Below, one piece after another: positions 16,994-26,803 of a stretch of 64,000 bases of DNA; position 1 is the stretch's first letter, and the number at the start of each line of letters is the position of its first letter. The notes below the pieces were generated by a model, which had not been told where the DNA came from, did not search any database, and saw only the letters and a program-made list of their open reading frames with translations. Source of the DNA: Bacilli bacterium (GTDB lineage Bacteria; Bacillota_I; Bacilli_A; RFN20; CAG-826); the NCBI GenBank assembly GCA_024408075.1, contig JAKSVK010000001.1, positions 17,273 to 81,272 on the forward strand, written 5' to 3'. The position numbers and the translations under genes are program-made.

Positions 16994-19714
16994 ATGAGAA
17001 GACTATGGGCAAACGTTCTTATCGCGGGTGCGAGTATGCTCGCTGTTATTGCAGCAGTTCCAAACGCAATTAAGAACACAAACGGCAATGGTGATTTCAC
17101 CACAAACCATACATTTACTTTCCAATTAAGTGAAAAGGAAGTAAACGTCGAACAAGGAGAAGAAGCTAAACCACTTACTGATACTAGTGCCAAAGAAATG
17201 GCAAGCATCATGGAAGAAAGACTTGTAAACAGTAAAGTTAGCTCTTATCGAATTTCAACATCAGGAAATGATCTTGTTACTGTTTCATTCAAAACAGATA
17301 AAGATAACTACGAACAAATTACTAGTTATTTATCATTCTCTGGTTCATTTGCTTTAATCAATGAACAAAATGATGTTGTTGAAGGAAAAGATTTCCTTAC
17401 AGATGAAGCCTATAAGAAAAATATTTCTGTTAACGAATTTCCAACAGTCTATATCCCAGTCGTTGTTACTTCCGAAGAATATACACAAGTTATTACACAA
17501 GCTAGAGAAAATCCAACAGAAGGCGAAGAAACCTCAACTGCTAACGTTTATCTCATTTATAATTATGTTAAAGGTGATACTTATAAAACTCTAAGTGAAT
17601 CAAATAAATTAGAAAGCAAAAAACTTTTAACTCTCGATGCCATGACTGACGAAACTCTCTATGTTGATGGCAAAGTTGAAAATGGAAAAGCCATGTTTAA
17701 ACAAGAATGTGGTTATATGGATGAAAACGGTAACGGAACTCCTGATGCTAACGAAGTTAGAAATGCATTCAATAGAGCTGACTTCTTAATTAACTTATTC
17801 CATGCTTCTGCCTTAGATTATGACGTTAAACTCATTAAAGGCGGACTTGAAAATACATTTATTCGTGAAGACGCACGTGTTGAACTAGTAATGGCTGGTG
17901 GCAAAATTAAACTTAATGCAACTTTAATTAGTTGTATTGCTGCTGCTATTATCGTCGCTTTATTACTCGTAGTTTTCTACCGTTTAGGCGCACTTAATAT
18001 TATGGCTGTTGGAGTAGTTACTTCTCTCTTAACATTCATATTAATTACTGCAATTGGAATCGAATATGAAATTCTTTCAATTGTTGCATATGTATTAGTT
18101 GCTTCTGTTCCACTAATTAGCGGTATTATTTATTGTAATAAATTAAAAGAAGAAACATACAAAGGCCGTAGCATTAAAAAAGCTAATGCTGAAGCAAGCA
18201 AGAGATCACTTCTTCCAATTTTAGATGTTCACTTTGTTAGCTTAGTTATTGGCATTATGCTCTTCTTATTAGGTGGAACTGCTGTTCATAGCTTTGCTTC
18301 AATCTTAACTCTTGGAACATTAATTTCAGCAATTCTCTCAACTTTAGGTCTTAAAGGCTTAATGTGGTTAAGCACAAATACAACTAGATTAACTGGTAAA
18401 TATGAAGCATTCGGAATTGATAGTAAGAATGTTCCAGATCATATGGCTGAAGAAAAACAAAAATTCTATGGTCCTTATGCTGATAAAGATTTCACTAAGA
18501 AAAAGAAGACTGTTTCTATTATTGGATTAGTTTGCTCAGTTGCAGCTATTGTTGGCGTTATTGTTGGCGCAAGCTTAAAAGGTGGCAACTTATTTAAAGA
18601 ACCAGGAGAAACATCTGGTGGAGCACAAATCGTCTATGTTAATGAGATTAGAGTTGTTGATGCAGAAGTCGATAAGGCTCCATTTGATCAAACAACATTG
18701 AAAGAAGACTTATTAGATGATATCGTCTTCTATTCAATTAAAGAAGCTAAACCTACTGAAGAGGAAGAAATTGCAAAACATTTACTTGTAAATGAAATTA
18801 AAGAAATCAATTTATTCTCTCTCAGCGAATCTCGTTATGACCAAACAGAAGAAAAGAGCAATAATTACCTCACTACATATTATGAAATTACTCTTAACGA
18901 AAATTCTGTATTAACCAAAAATGCTGGAGATCAATTCTACGCATATGTTATTGGTGAATCAGTACCTGATGAAACAACATTACCAGATGTATTAGATATT
19001 TATTTCAGTGAATTCCATTCATCCATTAAAGGCGGAGAAGAAGGCAATAAGATTGCTCTTAAGGCAATTGTTAATATTCCTAATAAAAATAGTGTTGCCT
19101 TTGGCAAATTAGTACTTGGATCATTTATCGCTATGCTTGTAATTACTCTTTACATGTTACTTAGATATAAACTTTCAAGAGGACTTGCAATGCTTGCATA
19201 TCCATTAGCTGGTAGTTCTATTGCTCTTGGAGTATTTGAAATTATTAATATTTGTGGAGTTAAGATTCCTTCAACACTCGCAATTCTTATTCCTGTTGTG
19301 ACATTGTTAAGCTTTGTTTTAACACTCCTTATCTCTAATAGAGAAAAAGAATTATTAGGTGATGAAAAAGTTAAAGACAATTCATTATCTCATCGTGAAG
19401 AAGTTGGAAAGAAAGCAGTTGCTTTAGCTCTTGCTCCAATCGTTACAATTCTTGTTATTGTTATTTACTTATTAATTAACTTCTTTGGATTTGGACCAAG
19501 CGCAAATGCTCTTCCATTCCTTGGATCAATTCTTGCTGCATTAATTGCTTCTGGCTTAATAGTTGTTACTTATATGCCTCTTGCAAACTTATTATTCAAG
19601 TGGTTCTCAAAAGTACACATTGAACGTAAGCCACGTAAGAATAAAAAGGCAAAAGTGGTTAAGCAAAAATCCGCTGAACCTGAAGAAGCAATCTTCATTG
19701 GTATTAACGATTAA
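16994..19714 (+). CDS. secDF: Fused protein translocase subunit SecDF
   Basis: RBS GGAGGAAG; 906 aa with two 6-TM bundles; SecD signature …ILDVHFVSLVIGIMLFLLGGTAVHSFA…TLGTLIS… and a second SecF-like TM bundle. Confidence 0.75.
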   Translation: MRRLWANVLIAGASMLAVIAAVPNAIKNTNGNGDFTTNHTFTFQLSEKEVNVEQGEEAKPLTDTSAKEMASIMEERLVNSKVSSYRISTSGNDLVTVSFKTDKDNYEQITSYLSFSGSFALINEQNDVVEGKDFLTDEAYKKNISVNEFPTVYIPVVVTSEEYTQVITQARENPTEGEETSTANVYLIYNYVKGDTYKTLSESNKLESKKLLTLDAMTDETLYVDGKVENGKAMFKQECGYMDENGNGTPDANEVRNAFNRADFLINLFHASALDYDVKLIKGGLENTFIREDARVELVMAGGKIKLNATLISCIAAAIIVALLLVVFYRLGALNIMAVGVVTSLLTFILITAIGIEYEILSIVAYVLVASVPLISGIIYCNKLKEETYKGRSIKKANAEASKRSLLPILDVHFVSLVIGIMLFLLGGTAVHSFASILTLGTLISAILSTLGLKGLMWLSTNTTRLTGKYEAFGIDSKNVPDHMAEEKQKFYGPYADKDFTKKKKTVSIIGLVCSVAAIVGVIVGASLKGGNLFKEPGETSGGAQIVYVNEIRVVDAEVDKAPFDQTTLKEDLLDDIVFYSIKEAKPTEEEEIAKHLLVNEIKEINLFSLSESRYDQTEEKSNNYLTTYYEITLNENSVLTKNAGDQFYAYVIGESVPDETTLPDVLDIYFSEFHSSIKGGEEGNKIALKAIVNIPNKNSVAFGKLVLGSFIAMLVITLYMLLRYKLSRGLAMLAYPLAGSSIALGVFEIINICGVKIPSTLAILIPVVTLLSFVLTLLISNREKELLGDEKVKDNSLSHREEVGKKAVALALAPIVTILVIVIYLLINFFGFGPSANALPFLGSILAALIASGLIVVTYMPLANLLFKWFSKVHIERKPRKNKKAKVVKQKSAEPEEAIFIGIND

Positions 19715-19721
19715 TTTAATT

Positions 19722-19747
19722 AGACTACACTTTGTGTAGTCTTTTAT
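19722..19747 (+). terminator. Rho-independent terminator after secDF (AGACTACAC-tttg-GTGTAGTCT + T4)
   Basis: Seen in sequence; recJ ATG follows 5 nt later, so possible partial read-through. Confidence 0.5.
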
Positions 19748-19751
19748 TATC

Positions 19752-21311
19752 ATGAACAAATCACTATTACAAAGATTATTAGATTTTTATCACATCAGTT
19801 ATGATGATTATTTGTCATTGCAAAAATCATATGATTTGTCTTCCTTTTATGGCGAACATAAAATTGATGATATTGATAAAGCGGTAAACCTAGTTAAAAG
19901 CTCGATTGCTAATAATGAGAAGATTATTGTTTATGGTGATTATGACGCTGATGGAATTATGGGAACATCAATTTTAGTAAAGATGTTTTCTTATTTAAAT
20001 TATGTAGTTAGTTATTATTTACCTAATCGTAGCCAAGATGGATATGGCATTACTCTTAAGCATGCGAAAGAATATGTTGAAACCGGTTATAAACTTGTAA
20101 TTACGGTCGATAACGGGATATCTGCTTTTGAACCTATTGAATATTTAAAAGCTCATGGAGTAAAAGTGCTCATTATTGATCATCATCAAGTGCAAGATAA
20201 AGTACCTGAAGTTGATGCAATATGTCATCCTATTTATTCTCATTTTAGTGAAACTACATCAAGTGGAGCGTTTACTGCATTTATGTTTTCTACTTCCTTG
20301 TTAGGAAGAAGTGATAAATATTTAGCCACATTAGCATCCATTTCTTTAATTAGTGATATGATGCCTTTGCTTGATTACAATCGTAATTTATTAAAGACAG
20401 TAATTAGAGATTATAAAATAGGGGAATTTCCTGCGATTGATTTATTAAATGATAATGAAACATTCGACGAAAATGCGATTGGAATGAAAATTGCTCCTAG
20501 AATCAATTCTATCGGAAGACTCGCTGAAGATGATTCCATCAATAAAATTGTCAATTATTTTATTAGTGATGATAAAAATTTTATTTTAAACTACTTTTCT
20601 ACTATTTTAGAAAAGAACGAAGAGCGTAAAACCTTGTCAAAAGAAGCTTGCTCAAATATTAACATTGAAAAGGGCAAAAAGAGCGTAATTTTACTTGGAG
20701 AATACAAAGAAGGATTGATTGGTTTAATGGCTAATTCACTTGTTAATTCACTTCATGTTCCAACTATTGTATTTACTAGTTCAGGTGAGAATTTCTATAA
20801 AGGTAGTGCAAGATCTCCAGAAGGATTCAACATTGTTGAGGCATTTAGCAAATTATCTAATTATTTATCCGAATTTGGTGGTCATGCTTCAGCTGCTGGA
20901 TGCTCAATAGAGAAAAATAAATTTGATGAATTTTGCGTAGAATTTAATAAATTAGTTGAGTCAACTCCTTTGGAGTATGTCCCAATTGAGTCAATTGACT
21001 TGAATTTAAACGAAATTAATGAAGAAAATTTAGAATTAATTAATTCCTTTTCACCTTTTGGCGAATCTTGGCCAAGTCCTTTATTTAAAATTAAACACAT
21101 AAAAACAAATGCGTTAACTTTCTCAAGAGATGGCAATCATATTTTAACTTCTCTTTCACTTTCTCTTCGTTTAGTTGGCTTTTCTTGTCCACGAAGTGAA
21201 GTGAGTCAATTTGATTATATTGATGCGATTGGTTCAGTTCATAAAAATTCATATAAAGGTCGAGACTATTTAGAGTTTCAAATTAAAAAATATCTAGATA
21301 GTAACAATTAA
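19752..21311 (+). CDS. recJ: DHH-family single-stranded-DNA exonuclease, RecJ-like (short form)
   Basis: DHH motifs GDYDADG and IIDHHQ, DHHA1-like GGHASAAG; synteny secDF-recJ-relA as in Bacillus. Confidence 0.7.
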   Translation: MNKSLLQRLLDFYHISYDDYLSLQKSYDLSSFYGEHKIDDIDKAVNLVKSSIANNEKIIVYGDYDADGIMGTSILVKMFSYLNYVVSYYLPNRSQDGYGITLKHAKEYVETGYKLVITVDNGISAFEPIEYLKAHGVKVLIIDHHQVQDKVPEVDAICHPIYSHFSETTSSGAFTAFMFSTSLLGRSDKYLATLASISLISDMMPLLDYNRNLLKTVIRDYKIGEFPAIDLLNDNETFDENAIGMKIAPRINSIGRLAEDDSINKIVNYFISDDKNFILNYFSTILEKNEERKTLSKEACSNINIEKGKKSVILLGEYKEGLIGLMANSLVNSLHVPTIVFTSSGENFYKGSARSPEGFNIVEAFSKLSNYLSEFGGHASAAGCSIEKNKFDEFCVEFNKLVESTPLEYVPIESIDLNLNEINEENLELINSFSPFGESWPSPLFKIKHIKTNALTFSRDGNHILTSLSLSLRLVGFSCPRSEVSQFDYIDAIGSVHKNSYKGRDYLEFQIKKYLDSNN

Positions 21312-21435
21312 ACTACATTTACTTATTTTTTAAATATATAATAACAACGAAATTATTTCTCTAACAATAAGAGTTTCATTTGTACTTACTTTATTCCTTT
21401 ATAAAAGTAATAAAAAATACTAAAATATAATTGTT

Positions 21436-23643
21436 ATGCAAAAAGCAACTCTTATCAATGGTGGATATCCACTTCATACATTTGAACAATTAGAAGAATT
21501 AATTTCTTCTTATATTAGTAGTGAAGAAGACAAAGTAAGAATTAAGTCTGCTTATGACTTTATTTTGGTAAAGCACAAAGATCAAGTTAGAAAATCAGGC
21601 GAACCTTATTATCATCATTTATTAGAAGTCGCTTATATTCTCGGAACACTTAAAGCCGGACCTAATACAATTATTTCAGGTTTATTACACGATGTCGTTG
21701 AAGATACTGATGTAACAGTTAAAGAAATTGAAAATAAATGGGGTCCAGAAGTTGCTAAAATCGTTGATTCATTAACTAAAATTCAACGTTTAAAGCTTTC
21801 TAAGATTGAAAATACTGATTTTGAAGCTGAAGACCATCGAAAAATTTTCATTGGAATGGCTAAAGATATTAGAGTTATTTTAATTAAACTTGCTGATCGA
21901 CTTCATAACCTCAGAACACTTAAATCTTTAAGCGAAGACAGACAAATTGCATTAAGCAAAGAAACAATGGATGTATTTATTCCGATTGCTTCTCGTCTTG
22001 GCCTTGATAACATAAAATGTGAATTAGCAGATTTAGCACTAAAATATCTTGAACCTGTTAAATATCAAGAAATTACAGAACTTTTATCTAAAAAAGAGAA
22101 AGTTTTGAAAAAATCTCTAGAAATATTTAAGAAGAAACTTGCTGATTTACTTTATGAGCACAAAATTCCTTTTGAAATTTCAGCTAGAGTGAAATCTATT
22201 TCTTCAATTTATGAAAAAATGTATGTCAAAGGCCATGCTTTTGATGAAATTTATGATATTTTAGCCCTCAGAATCATTACTGATACTGAATTAAGATGTT
22301 ATGAAATTCTTGGTATTATCCATCAAATTTATCATCCTTTGCAAGGAAGATTTAAAGATTACATCGCAATGCCAAAAAGTAACATGTATCAGTCATTACA
22401 TACAACCGTAACCTCTGGTGATGGCAATTTCTATGAAGTTCAAATTAGAACTAAAGAAATGGATGACGTTGCAGAAGCTGGAGTTGCTGCTCACTGGGCT
22501 TATAAAGAAAATACTGGATATAATCCAAAAGAAGAACAAAAAGAAATTGAAAACAAATTGCATTGGTTTAGAGACTTTGTCTCAATTTCTTCAAATAATG
22601 ATCAAAATGCTTCTGAATATATGCAAAACTTGGCACATGATATTTTTGAAGCAAACATTTATGTATTTACGCCAAATGGAAAAGTAATTGAATTAGTTAA
22701 CGAATCAACCCCAATTGATTTTGCTTATCGTGTACACACAAAAGTTGGTGATAGCGCAGTAGGGGCAATTGTTAACGGGGTTATGGTTCCACTTAATACT
22801 GTTTTAAAAACAGGAGATATTTGTGAAATTAAAACAAGCAAGACTTCTCCTGGACCAAGCGAAGGATGGCTTGAATTTGTTAAATCTAACTTAGCAAAGA
22901 ACCAAATTAAAAAGTTCCTTGCAACAAAAAACGCTGAATTAGTTCGTGAAGAAAGGATTTCCAAAGGAAAACAATCACTTATTGATGCATTTGCTGATCG
23001 TGACATCGAAGAAGATGAAATGATGGAAATGCTAGATAATGAGACTTTACTAGATAATTTTAAAGTAGATTCAGTCGAATCTTTATTTGTTGGAGTGGCA
23101 AATCGAAAACCTACTCCAAGTGCAGTTATCGATTTCTTAAAAATTAAAAAACCTGTTACCCTTCCTAAAGGAAAAGCTCGAACAGTTTCTGGCCACAGTT
23201 GTCCAGTTTATTGCAAAGGTGCTGATAAGATTGCAATTAATTTAGCAAATTGTTGTACACCTATTCCTGGTGATACAATTGTTGGGTATATTACCAAAGG
23301 TAAAGGCATTACTGTTCATCGACATAATTGCCCTAATATATCTAACGAAAATGAACGTATTATTGATGTTTTCTGGAGAGATGATCTTGAATTTTCAACT
23401 TATCCGGTTGATATTTCGCTAGAAGCGAATGATAGAAATAACTTGCTCATTGATATTATGAATACAGCAAGTTCGACAAAATTTGAAATTTCTTCGTTGA
23501 ATGCACAGTTACAACATCATAATCGTTCAATTGTTATTGTTACAATGACAATTTATGTTAGCGATTCAAAAAGACTAAACGATATATTTAATGTTTTATT
23601 AAACATTAAAGGCGTTTACGAAGTAAAAAGAGTTATACATTGA
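21436..23643 (+). CDS. relA: Bifunctional (p)ppGpp synthetase/hydrolase Rel
   Basis: HD hydrolase domain (HLLEVA…HDVVEDT), synthetase domain, TGS and ACT C-terminal domains; 735 aa. Confidence 0.9.
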   Translation: MQKATLINGGYPLHTFEQLEELISSYISSEEDKVRIKSAYDFILVKHKDQVRKSGEPYYHHLLEVAYILGTLKAGPNTIISGLLHDVVEDTDVTVKEIENKWGPEVAKIVDSLTKIQRLKLSKIENTDFEAEDHRKIFIGMAKDIRVILIKLADRLHNLRTLKSLSEDRQIALSKETMDVFIPIASRLGLDNIKCELADLALKYLEPVKYQEITELLSKKEKVLKKSLEIFKKKLADLLYEHKIPFEISARVKSISSIYEKMYVKGHAFDEIYDILALRIITDTELRCYEILGIIHQIYHPLQGRFKDYIAMPKSNMYQSLHTTVTSGDGNFYEVQIRTKEMDDVAEAGVAAHWAYKENTGYNPKEEQKEIENKLHWFRDFVSISSNNDQNASEYMQNLAHDIFEANIYVFTPNGKVIELVNESTPIDFAYRVHTKVGDSAVGAIVNGVMVPLNTVLKTGDICEIKTSKTSPGPSEGWLEFVKSNLAKNQIKKFLATKNAELVREERISKGKQSLIDAFADRDIEEDEMMEMLDNETLLDNFKVDSVESLFVGVANRKPTPSAVIDFLKIKKPVTLPKGKARTVSGHSCPVYCKGADKIAINLANCCTPIPGDTIVGYITKGKGITVHRHNCPNISNENERIIDVFWRDDLEFSTYPVDISLEANDRNNLLIDIMNTASSTKFEISSLNAQLQHHNRSIVIVTMTIYVSDSKRLNDIFNVLLNIKGVYEVKRVIH

Positions 23644-23652
23644 GGTGAGTTT

Positions 23653-24996
23653 ATGGAAGTTAAAAATGTTAAAGGCACACATGATATCATTGGTGAAGAA
23701 GCCAATGCTTATACTAGTGTAGAAAGCTTAATGAAAACTGTGGCTGAGCTTTATGCTTATCATGAAGTGAGACCTCCAGTGCTAGAACATAGCGAAGTTT
23801 TTATTCGTGGTGTTGGAGAATCTAGCGATGTGGTTAGAAAAGAAATGTATGATTTCTTAGATAAAGGTGGAAGAAGTTTAACTCTTAGACCTGAATTTAC
23901 TGCAGGAATTATGCGTTTAGTGGTTCAAAATAAACTTTATGCCACTAATGAATTACCTATTAAACTATATTATTTAGGTCCTGTTTTCAGATATGAAAGA
24001 CCTCAACTTGGTAGATATAGACAATTTAACCAATTTGGTGTTGAATCAATTGGACATGCTTCACCAACTAATGATGTTGATGTAATCGCTCTTGCTTATA
24101 CTATTTTAGAGTCTTTAGGACTTGAAAATTTAACACTTAAAATTAACACTCTTGGAGATGAAGAAAGTAGAAACTCTTATAGAGATGCTTTGAAAAAATA
24201 TTTTGCTTCTCACATTGATAATATGTGTGAAGACTGTAAATCTCGTTTTGAATTAAATCCTCTTCGTATTCTTGACTGTAAAGTCGAAGAAGATAGACCA
24301 ATTATTAATAAGGCTCCAAGAATCAAAGATTACTTGTCTTCTTCAAGCAAAGAACGATTTGTTAAAGTCTTATCTTTGCTTGATACAATCGGAATAAAAT
24401 ATGAAATTGATGAATCTCTTGTTAGAGGACTTGATTATTATTCAGAAACAGTTTTTGAATTTCATTATCAAAGTCAAAATGGAAATAATTACGGAGCTAT
24501 TGGAGCTGGTGGACACTACAGCAATTTAATGAAAGAACTTGGTGGACCTGAATATCCTGGAATTGGCTTCTCCTTAGGAGTAGAAAGAATTGTTTCAGTC
24601 TTAAAAGATGATAATTTACTACCAGATATTTCATCAAAACTTGATTTATACGTAATGCCAATGTGCGAATGTGTACATGGCTTTGCAGAGAGTGTTGCGT
24701 GTGAGCTACGTGCCAGTGGATATGTAACAGATATGTGTTATGATCAAACAAAACTTGGCAATATGTTTAAACGTGCTACAAATAAAAATGCAAAATATGC
24801 TGTTATTATCGGAGAAGATGAGATGAAAACTAATAAATTAGTTCTTAAAGATCTCGAAACTCAAGAACAAAAAACATTATCCGTTGAAGAAGCAATAGAA
24901 TTTTTAGATAACGAATTTGATGAATGCCACTGTGAAGACCACGAATGTGAATGTGGGTGTCACGATGGACATTGTTCGTGTCATAAAGGGGAATAA
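23653..24996 (+). CDS. hisS: Histidyl-tRNA synthetase with Cys/His-rich C-terminal extension
   Basis: RBS GAGGTGA; class II motifs (…RPEFTAG…, …GGRYD-like GGHYSNL…); last 28 aa NEFDECHCEDHECECGCHDGHCSCHKGE. Confidence 0.9.
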   Translation: MEVKNVKGTHDIIGEEANAYTSVESLMKTVAELYAYHEVRPPVLEHSEVFIRGVGESSDVVRKEMYDFLDKGGRSLTLRPEFTAGIMRLVVQNKLYATNELPIKLYYLGPVFRYERPQLGRYRQFNQFGVESIGHASPTNDVDVIALAYTILESLGLENLTLKINTLGDEESRNSYRDALKKYFASHIDNMCEDCKSRFELNPLRILDCKVEEDRPIINKAPRIKDYLSSSSKERFVKVLSLLDTIGIKYEIDESLVRGLDYYSETVFEFHYQSQNGNNYGAIGAGGHYSNLMKELGGPEYPGIGFSLGVERIVSVLKDDNLLPDISSKLDLYVMPMCECVHGFAESVACELRASGYVTDMCYDQTKLGNMFKRATNKNAKYAVIIGEDEMKTNKLVLKDLETQEQKTLSVEEAIEFLDNEFDECHCEDHECECGCHDGHCSCHKGE

Positions 24997-24997
24997 T

Positions 24998-26731
24998 ATG
25001 GAAAGAACATGTTTTAACACAGATTTAAACGAGAAAAACGTCGGCCAAGAAGTTAGCGTTATTGGCTGGGTTAGCAAAAAAAGAAACTTAGGTTCTTTAC
25101 TTTTTATCGATTTAAGAGATCGTAGTGGAATTATTCAAATTACTGCTGATGAAAGTGTTTCTCTTCCTGAAATACGTAATGAATATATCATTTCTGCTAA
25201 AGGAAAAGTGGCTTTACGTAGTAATCCTAATTTAAATATTAAAACTGGAAAAATTGAGATTATTGCTAAAGAAATTAAAGTAATTAATACCGCAAAGCTC
25301 ACTCCAATAATAATTGCTGATGAGACCGATGCTCTTGAAGATACTAGACTTAAATATCGATATTTAGATTTACGTCGTCCAGTGATGCAAAAATATATGG
25401 ATATTCGTCATCAAATTAAAATGACTACACATTCATATTTATCAGAAAATAGATTTATTGAAGTAGAAACTCCAATTTTGACTTTGTCAACTCCTGAAGG
25501 AGCACGTGATTATTTAGTTCCTTCTAGAGTACATCATGGTAAATTTTATGCTCTTCCTCAATCTCCGCAAATTTTCAAACAACTTTTAATGATTGGTGGA
25601 TTTGAAAGATATTATCAAATTGCTCGTTGTTTTAGAGATGAAGATTTACGTGCTGATAGACAACCTGACTTTACTCAAATTGATATTGAAACTTCTTTCC
25701 TTGATCAAGATCAATTCTTAACAATGATGGAAGGTTTGATATCAAAGATATTCAAAAACACAATAAATTATGATGTTAAATTACCATTAAGAAGACTTCC
25801 TTATAAAGAAGCTATGGACACTTATGGTAGTGATAAACCTGATACAAGATTTGATATCAAATTAACTGATGTAAAAGAAATATTTAAAAATACCACCTTT
25901 GGTGGATTCCAAAATGTTGAAGCTATTAAAGCAATAAAAGTTGATAATGTTGCTGACAAAACTTCACGTAAAGTAATTGATGAATTAACTTTAGAAGCTA
26001 AAAAATTCTCATTAGGTGGAATCAGCGTAATTAAAAGAGAAGCTGACCAATGGACAGGTTCATTTGTTAAATTCCTTTCTGAAGAGGAACAAAAGGCCCT
26101 TATTGATAAATTTGATATAAAGAATAACGATATCGTTATTATTGCTGCAGGAAATTATAATCGTGTATGCCCTTTATTAGGCGCGATTAGATTACGCTAT
26201 GCAAGAGAACTTGGCTTAATTAAACCAAATACATTTGATTTATTATGGGTTGTTGATTTCCCATTATTTGAAAAAGATATTGAAAATGGAAAAATTACTT
26301 CTTCTCATCACCCATTTACACGTCCAAAAGACGAAGATCTTAAATACTTAGACAGTGATCCTACTAAGGTTTTGAGCTACGCTTATGACATAGTCATAAA
26401 TGGTTACGAAGCTGGTGGTGGTTCACTTAGAATTTATGATCAAGATGTGCAAAAGAAAATTTTCCAAGTTCTTGGATTAAGTGATGAAGATATCAAACGT
26501 AAATTTGGTTTCTTCGTTGATGCTTTCCAGTATGGAACTCCTCCACACGCAGGTATGGCTTTTGGACTTGATAGATTAACCATGATTTTGGGTGGAACAG
26601 ATAACATTAGAGATGTTATTGCTTTCCCTAAAAACTTAGCTGCATCTTGTCCAATGAGTGGTGCTCCAAATGTTGTTGACCAAGATCAACTTGACGACCT
26701 TGCTATCAGCATTACAGATATGGAAAAATAA
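24998..26731 (+). CDS. aspS: Aspartyl-tRNA synthetase
   Basis: RBS AAGGGG then ATG 24998 (track start 24917 overlaps the hisS tail); OB anticodon domain, class II motifs FRDED and GLDR. Confidence 0.93.
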   Translation: MERTCFNTDLNEKNVGQEVSVIGWVSKKRNLGSLLFIDLRDRSGIIQITADESVSLPEIRNEYIISAKGKVALRSNPNLNIKTGKIEIIAKEIKVINTAKLTPIIIADETDALEDTRLKYRYLDLRRPVMQKYMDIRHQIKMTTHSYLSENRFIEVETPILTLSTPEGARDYLVPSRVHHGKFYALPQSPQIFKQLLMIGGFERYYQIARCFRDEDLRADRQPDFTQIDIETSFLDQDQFLTMMEGLISKIFKNTINYDVKLPLRRLPYKEAMDTYGSDKPDTRFDIKLTDVKEIFKNTTFGGFQNVEAIKAIKVDNVADKTSRKVIDELTLEAKKFSLGGISVIKREADQWTGSFVKFLSEEEQKALIDKFDIKNNDIVIIAAGNYNRVCPLLGAIRLRYARELGLIKPNTFDLLWVVDFPLFEKDIENGKITSSHHPFTRPKDEDLKYLDSDPTKVLSYAYDIVINGYEAGGGSLRIYDQDVQKKIFQVLGLSDEDIKRKFGFFVDAFQYGTPPHAGMAFGLDRLTMILGGTDNIRDVIAFPKNLAASCPMSGAPNVVDQDQLDDLAISITDMEK

Positions 26732-26803
26732 TTAAAATATAAACTATGTTTATATCAATTACTAAATAACTACTAATTTGTTACTAATAAAAAGGAGAAA
26801 AAT

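Noticed and set aside
16951-17211. 86-aa minus-strand ORF overlapping the secDF start
   Set aside because: It is antisense to a well-supported, SD-preceded secDF N-terminus. Its composition (Leu/Ser/Ala-rich) is what reverse-strand translation of an AT-rich gene produces. It has no SD.
24917-24997. Upstream extension of aspS (MMNATVKTTNVNVGVTMDIVRVIKGNN…) overlapping the hisS tail
   Set aside because: The AspRS N-terminus aligns from MERTCFNTDLNEK… with an AAGGGG SD directly upstream of ATG 24998. The extension is an out-of-frame read-through of hisS.
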